DNA from: an uncultured Planctomycetota bacterium
GTDB lineage: Bacteria; Planctomycetota; Planctomycetia; Isosphaerales; Isosphaeraceae
Assembly (NCBI GenBank): GCA_963823665.1
Contig: CAWGMQ010000010.1
Span: forward strand, 1,024,001 to 1,088,000
Length of the DNA stretch: 64,000 bases
Direction of reading: 5' to 3'
Part shown: positions 37,506 to 48,900 of the stretch, in pieces
How the letters are laid out: each line of letters starts with the position of its first letter
How positions within the stretch are numbered: position 1 is the first letter of the stretch
Made by a program: the position numbers and the translations under genes
The notes under the pieces: model-generated
Databases searched by the model: none
Told to the model about the DNA's origin: nothing
The model's input: the letters and a program-made list of their open reading frames with translations, nothing else

Positions 37506-40500
37506 ATGAGTCGCAACACTGCCGGAACTGGCTGGTGGAATTGGCACTCTCGCTCGGGACGGGGTAGGGCGGCGCGATCTCGCCAGAGCGATCGGCACCG
37601 GGTGAGGCCGCAACTGCTGGCACTGGAGAACCGTCGTCTCCTGGCGACGTTCACCGTGACCAACACGAACTCGAGCGGCACCGGCTCGCTGTCCTATGAG
37701 ATCGGGCAGGCCAATTCGTCGTCGGGTGCCAGCACCATCGATTTCGATGCCACGGACTTTAGCACACCACAAACGATTACGCTGGGTGGAAGCGAGCTCG
37801 TTCTGAGCGACCCGATCGGGCTGGAGACGATCATAGGCCCGGCGGCGGGAGTCACCATCAGCGGCGGAGGGAAGAGTCGGGTGTTCCAGGTCGGACGTTT
37901 TGTCCAGGCCTCCCTATCGGGGCTGACGATCGTCGGGGGCAAAGTAAGCGGCCAAGTCGGCTACGGCGGCGGCCTGTACAATAGCGGCTTTGCAACCTTG
38001 ACCGACTGCACCATCAGCGGAAACTCGGCCGGCGACGACGGCGGCGGTATATATAATCGAATCGGAGGACAGTTGTTCCTGACCGACTGCACCATCAGCG
38101 GAAATTCGGGCGCTGGGGGCCTCGAAAATAATGGCTATGCGATCCTGACCGACTGCACCGTAAGCGGAAACTCGGCCAGCACGGGTGCAGGCTGGGAAGC
38201 CGGCGGCATCTTCAATGCAGGAGCGGTGGTCCTGACCGACACGATCGTCGCAGGCAACAAGACACAAGCCGGCGCAAGCGACATCGACAGTACTATTGGC
38301 AACACAGTGGGCAGCTACAACTTGATCGGAACCGGCGGCTCGGGGCAGCTCGCCGACGGGGTCAGCGATAACATCGTCCTGAAGAGCCTTTCGAGTCTCG
38401 GCCTCTCCCCGCTCGGCGACTACGGCGGGCCGACCCAGACCATGGCGCTACTACCAGGCAGCGCCGCCATCCGCAAGGGCGAATCAACCGCCGGCGTCAC
38501 GACCGACCAGCGAGGGTTGGCGCTCGACAGCACACCCGACATCGGCGCCTTCCAGACTCAGCCCGGGCTGGTGGTCAATACCACGATCGATAGCGCCGGC
38601 TCACCCTCGGGCGACCTGAGCCTGCGCCAGGCCGTGAACCTGGCCAATCTGCTGGACTCAGCCGAGACGATCACATTCGATCCGAAAGCATTCGCCAGCG
38701 CGCAGACGATCACCCTGGCTGGCAGCCAGCTCGAGCTGAGCGACACGAACGGGATGGAGACGATCGCGGGCCCGGCGGCGGGAGTGACCATCAGCGGCGG
38801 AGGGCAGAGCCGGGTGTTGCAGGTCGGCGCGCATGTCACGGCCTCCCTTTCGGGGCTGACGATCACCGGGGGCGATTCCGCCTCTGACGGCGGCGGCCTG
38901 GACAATGGCAGCACGGCGAAACTGACCCTGACGGACTGCACCGTCAGTGGAAACTCGGCCGTCAGCGACGGCGGCGGCCTGTACAATGGCGGCGCGGCGA
39001 CCCTGACCGATTGCACCATCAGCGGAAACTCGGCCGAGGACGGCGGTGGCCTGGACAACGCCTACACGGCGAACAACCTGACCGTGACCGATTGCACCAT
39101 CAGCGGAAACTCGGCCGCCAACGACGGCGGTGGCCTCGAAAATCTTGCCACGGCGAAGCTGACCGACACGATCGTCGCGGGCAATACGAAACCCTCCGGC
39201 GGCAGCGACGACATTCACAGTCCTGGCACCCTCTTGGGCACCTATAACCTGATCGGTACGGGCGGCTCGGGCGGGTTTACCAACGGGGGGGCCGCCAACA
39301 ACATCGTCCTGAAGAGCCTCTCGAGCCTCGGCCTGGCCGCGCTGGGGTTCTACGGCGGGCCGACCCAGACCATGGCGCTATCGCCCGGCAGCGCCGCCAT
39401 CCGCAAGGGCGAATCCACCAGCGGCGTCAAAACCGACCAGCGCGGCTTCGCGCTCGACACCAAACCCGACATCGGCTCATTCCAGACTCAGCCCGGGCTC
39501 GTGGTGAATACCACGATCGACGGCACCGATGCCCCCTCCGGTGACCTGAGCCTGCGCCAGGCGTTGAACCTGGCCAATGTGCTCACCGGCGCCACGACGA
39601 TTAGTTTCGACCCGAAGGTCTTCGCAACCGCGCAGACGATCACGCTGGGTGGAACCGAGCTCGATATGAGTAAGACGAACGGGATGGAGACGATCACGGG
39701 CCCGGCGGCGGGAGTGACCTTGAGCGGCGGAGGGCTGAGCCGGGTGTTGCAGGTCGACGCCCATGTCTCGGCCTCCCTTGCGGGGATGACGATCAACGCC
39801 GGCGAATCGGCCTCAGACGGCGGCGGCCTGGACAATGGCAGCACGGCGACCGTGACCCTGACCGATTGCACCATCAGCGGAAACTCGGCCGGCGACCACG
39901 GCGGCGGCCTGTACAACGGCGGCACGGCGCAACTGACCGATTGCACCATCAGCGGAAATTCGGCCAAGTACGGCGGCGGCCTGTACAATAGCACGGGCGG
40001 CGGCGCGACCCTCACAGGCTGCACAATCAGCAGTAACTCGGCCCATTACGGCGGCGGCCTGTACGACGGCGGCAAGGCGACGCTGACCGACACGATCGTC
40101 GCGGGCAATACGAACGCTTCTGGCGCCAGCGCCAACGACATACACGGTGCTGGCACCGTCTCGGGCAGCTATAATCTGATCGGTACCGGCGGCTCGGGTG
40201 GGCTTGCCAACGCGGGCAAACATAACAACGTCCTGAAGAGCCTTTCGAAACTCGGCCTGGCCAAGCTGGGATCCAACGGCGGGCCGACCCAGACCATGGC
40301 GCTCTCAGGTGGCAGCGCGGCCATCGCCATGGGCGAAATGGTCACTGGTGTGGCCACCGACCAGCGCGGTCTACCACTCGACTCGCCCGCTCCCGACATC
40401 GGTGCCTTCCAGAGCCAGCCGACGGTGGCGCTGGGCGCTTCTGCCGGCTCTGCGGTCTTTGGGCAGAACGTCACCTTCGTCGCCACCGTGACTGCGCTCG

Positions 40501-40997
40501 GCGGGGTGCCAACTGGCAAGGTCACCTTCTCCGACAACGGCACCGTGCTGGGTACCGGCTCGCTTGACGGCTCGGGCAAGGCGACGCTGACCGCCTCGAG
40601 CCTTCCCGTCGGCACCAATTCGATCACCGCCAGCTTTAGCGGCGAAACCGGCCTCCCCGACGCCAACGTGGCGCACACGGCGGTATCGGTCGCCCGGGCG
40701 GGCAGCCATGTCGTGCTGGTGACGCTTGAGGGGTTCAAGAAACAGAAAGTCGTGTCGCTATCGCTCGAAGCCAAAATCGAGCCCGTGTCCCCCGGCGCGG
40801 GCGTGCCCACCGGCACGGTCACCTTCGAGCTGTTGCCGAAGAACAACAAGCCCAAGGTGCTCGGGATGGCCTCGCTCAGCGGCGGTATGGCCACGCTGTC
40901 AGTCAAGCCAGCCAGCGTGCTGAACGAGTTGATCAAGATCATCTACAGCGGCGACGCGGACTTCGAGACGAGCACGTCGACGGGGAAGATCACATAG
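37506..40997 (+). CDS. Secreted beta-helix protein, paralogue of 35620-37426, with three beta-helix/choice-of-anchor-Q units and Ig-like domains
   Basis: LALENRRLLA; three GGPTQTMAL...PDIG.FQ units; GDLSLRQA (CSLREA-like) twice. Intact 1163-aa ORF. Confidence 0.9.
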   Translation: MSRNTAGTGWWNWHSRSGRGRAARSRQSDRHRVRPQLLALENRRLLATFTVTNTNSSGTGSLSYEIGQANSSSGASTIDFDATDFSTPQTITLGGSELVLSDPIGLETIIGPAAGVTISGGGKSRVFQVGRFVQASLSGLTIVGGKVSGQVGYGGGLYNSGFATLTDCTISGNSAGDDGGGIYNRIGGQLFLTDCTISGNSGAGGLENNGYAILTDCTVSGNSASTGAGWEAGGIFNAGAVVLTDTIVAGNKTQAGASDIDSTIGNTVGSYNLIGTGGSGQLADGVSDNIVLKSLSSLGLSPLGDYGGPTQTMALLPGSAAIRKGESTAGVTTDQRGLALDSTPDIGAFQTQPGLVVNTTIDSAGSPSGDLSLRQAVNLANLLDSAETITFDPKAFASAQTITLAGSQLELSDTNGMETIAGPAAGVTISGGGQSRVLQVGAHVTASLSGLTITGGDSASDGGGLDNGSTAKLTLTDCTVSGNSAVSDGGGLYNGGAATLTDCTISGNSAEDGGGLDNAYTANNLTVTDCTISGNSAANDGGGLENLATAKLTDTIVAGNTKPSGGSDDIHSPGTLLGTYNLIGTGGSGGFTNGGAANNIVLKSLSSLGLAALGFYGGPTQTMALSPGSAAIRKGESTSGVKTDQRGFALDTKPDIGSFQTQPGLVVNTTIDGTDAPSGDLSLRQALNLANVLTGATTISFDPKVFATAQTITLGGTELDMSKTNGMETITGPAAGVTLSGGGLSRVLQVDAHVSASLAGMTINAGESASDGGGLDNGSTATVTLTDCTISGNSAGDHGGGLYNGGTAQLTDCTISGNSAKYGGGLYNSTGGGATLTGCTISSNSAHYGGGLYDGGKATLTDTIVAGNTNASGASANDIHGAGTVSGSYNLIGTGGSGGLANAGKHNNVLKSLSKLGLAKLGSNGGPTQTMALSGGSAAIAMGEMVTGVATDQRGLPLDSPAPDIGAFQSQPTVALGASAGSAVFGQNVTFVATVTALGGVPTGKVTFSDNGTVLGTGSLDGSGKATLTASSLPVGTNSITASFSGETGLPDANVAHTAVSVARAGSHVVLVTLEGFKKQKVVSLSLEAKIEPVSPGAGVPTGTVTFELLPKNNKPKVLGMASLSGGMATLSVKPASVLNELIKIIYSGDADFETSTSTGKIT

Positions 40998-41018
40998 AAT
41001 GGACCGGCGGCTGTCCGT

Positions 41019-44000
41019 TCAGCGCGGCGTCGCGAAGACATCGGCCGGCAGATCACCCGCGGGGCCGGCCAGGACCGCTTCGGTCTCGACGCGAAACGCG
41101 GCAACCTCCATCTCTTCCTCGGCGGAGAGGCTTTTCTGGCCCGCCCGCCAGCGGACGGCGCGGTCGTAGCAGTCGCGAGCCTTCTCGCGGTCTCCCAGTT
41201 GGTGGTGGGCCATGGCCATGAAGAAGAGGTCGGTGGCGTCGTCCTGGCCGTGGCCGGCCTTCAGGCTCCGCCCCAGGATGGCGATGGACTCGGTGTACCG
41301 GCCTGCGCGGTATTCAATAATCCCCAGCACGCTCAGGTAGAACGCGTCGCGCGGGTTCAACTTGACGGCGCGGCGGACGAGTTGCAGTGCGCGCTCGGCG
41401 TCGCGGGTCGATCTGGGGCCATTGGCCGGCTTCCAGGCTATGTTATTGCGCCACCACGTCAGCATTTCTCGAATCGCGTGGTGGTCCATGTTGCGCTCAA
41501 TCGCAGCCTCCAGGTCGATCATGGCGGGCTCGTCTCGTTTCCGCATTTGGTCGATCTCGCCGAGGTCGGATCGAAGGTGAGGGTCGTCCGGGCGCAGGCG
41601 GATGGCGGCGGTGAAGTCGTCGCGCGCCTCATAATAACGTTGAAGTTGCTCGAAGGCGTGGCCGCGAAGGTGGCGGGCCTCGGCGTCGTTGGGATCGGTC
41701 TTGAGTCGGGTCGAGCACCGCTCGATCACAGTCGCGGGAGACGCGGGAGGCTCCTTCAGGTCGGCCTGGAGTGGCGGCAGGGGCGGAACGGACGCGGCAG
41801 CCGCGTCATCGTCCGAGTAGGCCGGCGCGTGCCAATCGAGCCCCATCTCGGCGAGTCGCTTGCGGATCGAGCCGCAGGTCCCAGACATAGACGGCCGGGT
41901 CATGTTCGGGAACCAGCACCAGACGTGAACCATCAGGACTGAACGTCGCCCATTCCACGTCGACCGGGTCGGGGCTTTCGAGCCGAGCGATCACGCGGCC
42001 GGTTTCCACCTCGACCAGGCGGATGATTTTGCTCGCGTCCATGAGCGCGACCAGCCGGCTGTCCGGGGAAAAGCAGAGCCCCGTACCACCGAGCTCCCGA
42101 ACAAGGGTCCAGGTTCCGGTCGTCCAGAGCTTGCATGGTCGGATATGCCGTCATCAGCCATTTCCCATCCGGGCTAAAAGCGACCGCCGTGCGCCGTATC
42201 GACGGGAAGCTCGGCCACCTTGCGGCAGTCACGGACGCGCCAAACCTGGGCGCCCAAATGATGACTACCCGTTGCCAGCCATTCCCCGTCGGGGCTGACG
42301 GCAACGTAACGGCATTCGTCCAGCGGTCCGACTCGGGTCAAGCGTTCTGAGATCAGGACATCGGCGTGAGTATGCCTGGCCGTGGCGATGATCCGGCCAA
42401 GCCGGTCCTCGGCGATATGGCCGGTGTCTCCTGCGAAAGGGCAGGTCGACGCGGTGGGCCGATGCGGAATTCACTTCGGTCCGGAGTCGAGCTGGACCGG
42501 CCATCGCTGCACGCCGGTCGCTCCGCTCGTGAGCAGGTCGCCGTTTGCCTCGAACATGACGTGCCTGGCGTGAACGATCGGCAGGAAGTCGCACTCGGTG
42601 CCTCGGGCCAGGTCCCAAAGAACAACCCCGATCGCCGAACCCACGGCCAGCAGCCGGTTGTCGCGGCGAATCGAGGGACGATGATAACCCATCCGCATCC
42701 TGGAGACATGGACGAGTGCTCTGTACTCGAGGGCGGGATCGACCTGGTACGTGGTCAATCGGTCCTCCGATCCGAGGACGATTTGTCCGTCCTGAGCTGA
42801 ACACGGGCGCTGTGGAGTTTTCGCCGGTCAAGCTGAGGACCGGGCGGCCCAGGACCGCGTCCCAAAGCCGCAGGCGGTTTTCCCAGCCGTTGCTGGCCAG
42901 AAGCTTTGCCCGCCGGGTGGAAAGTCGCCTGCAAGCCGCCGGTTGACGAGCCCTCGAGCCGTGCCCTGAGGATGCCGGAAGGGGCATCCCACAGGTCGAT
43001 CTTGAAATCCTGGCCCGGAGTCGCCAGAGTGGCGCCGTCCGGACTCCAGGCGACCGACGCCGGGCGACTCAGCGAAATCGTCCGGACGACGCGGCCCGAA
43101 TCGACTGTCGAGAATATGGCATGTTGGCTGGTTCGCGACCACGACTCGTGACGGCGATCTGGAGGCCGTCTGGGCGAAACGCCAGGTCGCCTACGTCTCC
43201 CAGGCCAGACCGGAGCCGGCGGGGACGCCCGGGCTCTCCAGGTCGTAGATCAGGACCTCGCCGTCGGGATGAGCAACGGCGATCCGCCGGCTGTCAGGAC
43301 TGAATCTGGCGGCTGTTCCCGCGACGGGGCCCGGTTCCTCGAGCGCGACCGTGTTTCGATCGACGTCCCAGACTGTCAGGGCAAATCCGGGATCATGGGT
43401 CGTCGTCAGGTAGCGGCCGTCCGGACTGAAGCCGAACACGACGATGTGTTGATCGCCTCGGGCCTGGAAGCGGTTGACTTCCTGGTCGTCGGCGACGCGG
43501 CGGACGAGGATCGTCCCCGACCGGAGCCGCAGCGCATATCGTTTCATGCCGGAATCGAAGCAAAACAGGTACGTTTCGGCGGGCTGTTTCGATCAGCCCG
43601 GCCGGTTGCCTGCAGATCGGGGAGCGCGAAACAGGCGATCGCCTCATCGCGGATGCCGGTCGAACTGGTCCGGCGGCAGCTTGAGCTCGCGCGCGATCGC
43701 GGTCGCCTTGGTCAGGGCATTCAGGCTCTCGAATCGCTGTCCGACCCGCCGGCTGAACCGCCGGGCGCCCGCCTGCGCCGTGAGCGACTCGAACAGGTTT
43801 TCTGTCGTCTTGCGATCGGCTACGCTGATCTGATCGCGCTGCGCGCGAAAAGTGAAGGCCGCCATGGTCGCCCCGACAGCCAGGATGACGATCGCCGCGG
43901 CGGCGATGCCGGCCATTCCGGCGACGAAACGATTGCGACGACACCAGCGCCAGGCTCGTTCCACGCCGCTGATTCGCCGCGCCAGGATCGGCCGGCCGTC

Positions 44001-45083
44001 CAGGAACCGCCGCAGGTCCTCGCCGAGCGCCTGGGCGGTTTCGTAGCGCTTGCCGGGCTCTTTCTGAAGACACTTGAGGCAGATCGTCTCGATGTCGCGC
44101 GGCACGCCCGGCACCAGCCGCGAGGGGGGGACCGGCTCGGTGGTCTTGACTTGCTCGAGCGTCTCGAGCGCGGTCGTGCCGCGAAACGGCGGCCGGCCGG
44201 TCAACAGCTCGTAGAGGATCGCACCCACCGCGTAGACATCCACGGCCGGTCCGGCCTCCTTGGCGTGCCCCTGAGGCCTGCTCGGGTGCCATGTAGCTGG
44301 GCGAGCCCATGACCGACTCGCTCTGGGTGAGCGCCGACTGGCTGTCCAGCATCTTGGCCAGGCCGAAGTCGCCGACCTTGGGCGTGCCGTCGGCCGCCAG
44401 GAGCACGTTCGAGGGCTTCAGGTCGCGATGGACGATACCCTGGCGATGGGCCTCGGCGATCGCCAGGGCCACTTGCTCGGCAAGCCGCGCCGCCCGCGTC
44501 GTGGGCCAGGGCGTGCCGTCGAGCTGAGAGTCCAGGCTGCCGCCGGCCAGGTACTCCAGCTCGAGAAACGGCAAACCATCGGCGTCGCCGATGTGGCGGA
44601 TCTGGACGATCGAAGGATGCTCGAGCCGGGCGATCGCCTCGGCCTCGGTCACGAACCGGGCGACGTCTTCGGGGCCGGCGTGAGCGCCGGCCAGGATCAT
44701 CTTGAGAGCGCAGGGCCGGTTCAAGCGGACGTGGCGCGCCTCGTAGACCACGCCCATGCCGCCGCGGCCCAGCTCGCCCTTGAGATCATATCCCGCCACC
44801 GTGGGCACGACGCGCGCCGCGCGCTCGTTGTTGCCGGTCGTCGCTCCGGCCGTCACACGCAGCGAGATCGACCACCAGACGGGGCTCGGCGCCCTTGAGC
44901 GTGATCAAGGTGGCCCGCCCGCGGCTCCGGGATCGCAAACCGCGGCATCCGTCAGCTCCTCCAGCGTCTGCTGGCACGATGGCGCAGCCTTCGACGTGCT
45001 GCTCCATCTCGTCGATCTCGGTGTCGTCGAAGGCGGTGGCCCAGCAGCCGCTCGAGGCGGTCGCGGTCCGGGCAGTCGTTCAT
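41019..45083 (-). CDS. Ser/Thr kinase with WD40 repeats and C-terminal TPRs (many frameshifts)
   Basis: Start MNDCPDRDRLERLL overlaps the sigma stop (ATGA). LGRGGMGVVY, HRDLKPSN, DFG and GSPSYMAPEQ; FSPDG WD repeats spread over several frames; TPR tail. Confidence 0.8.
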
Positions 45084-45728
45084 TCGGTCCCTTCCAGCTT
45101 GCGGATCTCATCCCGGATCATCTTCTTGACCTCGCTCTTGGCCACGTAGACGCGAGCGACTTTCATCTCGAGCTGGGCGGCCGCGGTCGGCGCCGGAGCA
45201 TCCCTCGAGCGCGGTCAGCCGGAACGCGTCCCAGGTTCGCGGGGCGACCCGCGGCCGCACCACGTCCATCGCCTTCTCCATCAGCTCACGCTGGAATTCC
45301 TCCTCGAGGTGCTCGACGAGGTCATCGCCGGCCTCGAGGCTCTCGAAAAACTCGTCCATCCGGCTGTCGCCGCTGCCGATACCGGCGCGCTTCCGCTCGG
45401 CCACCAGGTCACGCCAGGCATGATGCGTGAGCGTCTTCAACCATGCCGCGAAAGCTCCGCGACGGATCATAGGCGAACTTCGCCATCAAGGAACTGGAGC
45501 TTGAGGAGCACGGCCTGGGTGACGTCGTGGGCGTCGGACTCCTTGCAGCCCCCAGCCGCGACACCACTTGAGGATCTGGGGCTCGTACCGTGCGACGAAG
45601 TCATTCCAGGCGGCCTGGTCCTTGGGGTCCTGGCGGAGCCGGCCCAGCAAGGTGACGCTGGTCCGCGAGGAGTGATCGTCTGACACGGAGATCGTCTCCG
45701 AGTGGCGCGGGGCTTTCGATTGCGTCAT
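45080..45728 (-). CDS. ECF sigma-70 factor, kinase-associated (frameshifted near 45540, 45480, 45445 and 45185)
   Basis: SRTSVTLLGRLRQDPKDQAAWNDFVARYEPQILKWCRGWGL; WLKTLTHHAWRDL; AFRLTALEGCSG...LEMKVARVYVAKS. Confidence 0.85.
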
Positions 45729-45792
45729 CCGATATGCAAGTTTGTTCGGCCCAAGCATAACTGAGCACGACACCAAAAAAAAGAATAGAGGC

Positions 45793-45835
45793 GTCTTAGG
45801 TTTTCCGGGGACGCGAGTAATGACTGGTAGACGAC
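45793..45835 (+). promoter_or_regulatory. Conserved bipartite motif, copy 2 (putative ECF sigma promoter)
   Basis: GTCTTAGGTTTTC-cggggacgcg-AGTAATGA-ctgg-TAGACGAC, preceded by an A-tract. Confidence 0.7.
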
Positions 45836-45984
45836 CGGCGGCTTGCTCCGATCTTTGGGCCGCACGGCGATGAGTTCGCGATCAGGCATTTTCAAGGGGT
45901 CAACGCAGGTTGGCCTCCTGGTATCGCTGTGCGCAGCGGGCAAAGGCTCGAAGACGTCCCGAAACACCTGGGAGGGTTGCAACG

Positions 45985-48900
45985 ATGTTCAATCCGCGAG
46001 AGAGACGCAGCGGGTCATTCGTCCGTGAACGTCGCCGGACCATGGCCCGCCGCAAGCTGGCAGTGGAAGCGCTGGAAGAGCGTTTCCTGCTTTCCAACGT
46101 CTTCCAGGTGAACCTATCGACCGACAACGGCACGGGCGCTGCGATGAATTCCCTGAGCTGGGCCATCGACCAGGTCAACGGCGACTCGAGCGACACGAAC
46201 GCGAGCCCCGACCAGATCGACTTCTCAATCGGGGGGGGCGGGCCGCAGACGATCATGGTGACGGGGGCCCTGCCGAACATCACACGGCCGGTCTTGATCG
46301 ACGGGACGAGCCAGCCGGGGCTGATACCCTCGGGTGAGGAACCGATCCTGATCGACGGCAGTGGCGTCACCGCCCCAGGCGTCAGTGGGCTTACCCTCTA
46401 CTACGGCTCCTACGGAAGCACGGTGAAGGGGCTGGCCATTGGCGACTTCAACAATAACGGGATCGTGCTCTATAGCGGGTTAAACACCATAGCCGGCGAC
46501 GACATCGGCACCAACCAGACCGGCACCGGCGCCCTTCCGAACTCCGAGGATGGTATCCTCATTTTCTTATCGAGCAACAACACGATCGGCGGCACCGCCG
46601 CCGGGGCCGGCAACGTGATCTCCGGCAACGCGCTTCCTGCCGATGACGGGCTCAACTCGTCCAATGGAGTGGGGATTTCGGGCGCAGGCGCGACCGGTAA
46701 CGTCGTCCTCGGCAACGACATCGGCACCGACAGCACGGGCGAAAACCCGCTGCCCAATGAGTACGCCGGCGTCCAGATCGATCAGGGCGCGAGTGACAAC
46801 ACGATCGGCGGCCTCACCGCGGGAGCCCGCAACGTGATCTCCTCCAACGGGATCTTCGGCGTGTACCTAGACGGCGCAACAGACAACAGCGTGGAAGGGA
46901 ACTACATCGGCACCGACGCCATGGGTACCTCCGCGATGCCCAACGGTAATAACGGCGTCGAGATCCTTTTCGCCACGAACAACACGATCGGCGGCACCGC
47001 GTTCGGGGCCGGCAACCTGATCTCCGGCAACCAGGATATGGAGGTCGAGATCCAGGGAACGGGCACGAACGACAACACCGTGGAAGGGAACGACATCGGT
47101 ACAGACTACACCGGCACTGCCCTTGTGGTGGGCACCGGTTATGCCGGCGTCGTGATCGATTACGGCGCCGCGGACAACACGATCGGCGGCACCATTGCCG
47201 GGCGCTCAACGTGATCTCCGGCAACGGGGATTACGGGGTCTGGATCGAACAGGGCGCGAGCGACAACACCGTCGCCGGGAATCACGTCGGTACAGACTTT
47301 ACGGGCACTGTCGGGCTGGACGAACAACGGGACGGCGTCGAGATCGATTACGGCGCCGCGGACAACACGATCGGCGGCACCAGCGCGGAGGCCGGGAACG
47401 TGATCTCCGGCAACTCGGAAGCCGGGGTCGAGATCGAGGGTTATGAAGGTGTCTCGCGCAACGTTGTCGAGGGCAACCTTGTCGAGGGCAACGACATCGG
47501 CACCGACGTCACGGGCACCCTCCCGGTGAGCAACGGTAACGGCGTCTTGATCGATCAGGGCGCCTCGGACAACACGATCGGCGGGACATCCAGCGCCTTA
47601 GCCAACACCATCGCCTTCAACCTCGGGAACGGAGTCACCGTCGGCAGCAGCCCGACCGACGGCACCACCGGCGATGAGATCCTCGGCAATTCGATCTACT
47701 CGAACGGATCGATCGATTCGAACTCGGGACTTGGAATCGACCTGGGCGACGACAGCGTCACCTTGAACGACTCGGAGGGGCACACCGGCCCGAACTTGTT
47801 CCAGGACTTCCCCGTCATCACCGCGGCAACCTCCGCAGCGGGCAACACCGAGATCTCGGGTACGCTCGTCAGTCCCGGCAGCCCCGTCGGCACCCCCTTC
47901 ACCATCCAGTTCTTCGCGAGCGTTGCCCCCGCCAATTCCTACTACGGCGAAGGTCAGACTTACCTCGGGGAGACGACCGTGGCGACGACCGACGCGTCGG
48001 GGAATGCCTCCTTCAACGACGTCGAGTTCCCTGTCGCCCTCATCGACCAGGACTTCATCACCGCCACTGCCACCGACCCGAGCGGGAACACCTCGGAGTT
48101 CTCGGAGGCGTTCCTGGCGCAGGTGACGCCGCCGATCGTCGTCAAGAACACGATGCCCTACGGACCGGATTCGCTCTACGCGGCGATCCAGGCGGTTGAC
48201 GACTCGAGTACCGCCCAGGTCATCGCGTTCAACATCCCGGTTTCCGATCCCGGTTACGTCGACGGCGTCTTCGTGATTCAGCCTCAAACACAACTGCCCG
48301 CCATCACGACGCCGGTCTTGATCGATGCGACGTCCCAGCCAGGGTACAAAGGCACGCCGATCATCCAGCTCGACGGCGGCGACGCGGGTGCGCCACCGGC
48401 CTGGACTTTGCGGCCGGTTCGGCGGGCAGCATCGTCAAGGGGCTCGACATCACGGACTGGAGTGCAGGGATCGTTATCGAGTACAACGCGACTGGCGTTC
48501 AGGTCATCGAGAACGATATCGGTACCGACCCCACGGGCACCGTCGCGCTGGGCAATGGCGACGGCGTGGTGATCGACGGTTCCGGGAACACGGTGGGTGG
48601 GTTAAGCCCGGCGAGCGGGAACTTGATCTCCGGCAACGTGGGCGGTGGCGTGGTTATCCAAGGCGAGGACGCGTTCGACAACACCGTGGAAGGGGACTAC
48701 ATCGGTACCGACAGCACCGGCGGCACCGACGGCTTTTCGGTGCCCAACGGGGACTACGGCGTTGCGATCGAGATCAGCGCCTCGGGCAACACGATCGGCG
48801 GCACCACCACCCCGGCCCGCGACGTGATCTCCGGCAACGGTTACAACGGCGTGGAGCTCGGCGGCACGGGTACGTCGGGCAATGTCGTGGAAGGTGACTA

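Noticed and set aside
41019..45728. Dense frameshifts in the kinase and sigma genes, and in other genes (7413, 18830, 25355, 36721, 47203, 48390, 52250, 55570), read as programmed frameshifting, phase variation or mass pseudogenisation
   Set aside because: They are scattered 1-bp indels in unrelated genes, with motifs intact and no consistent slippery site. This best fits long-read consensus error. Read-level data are needed to exclude real decay.
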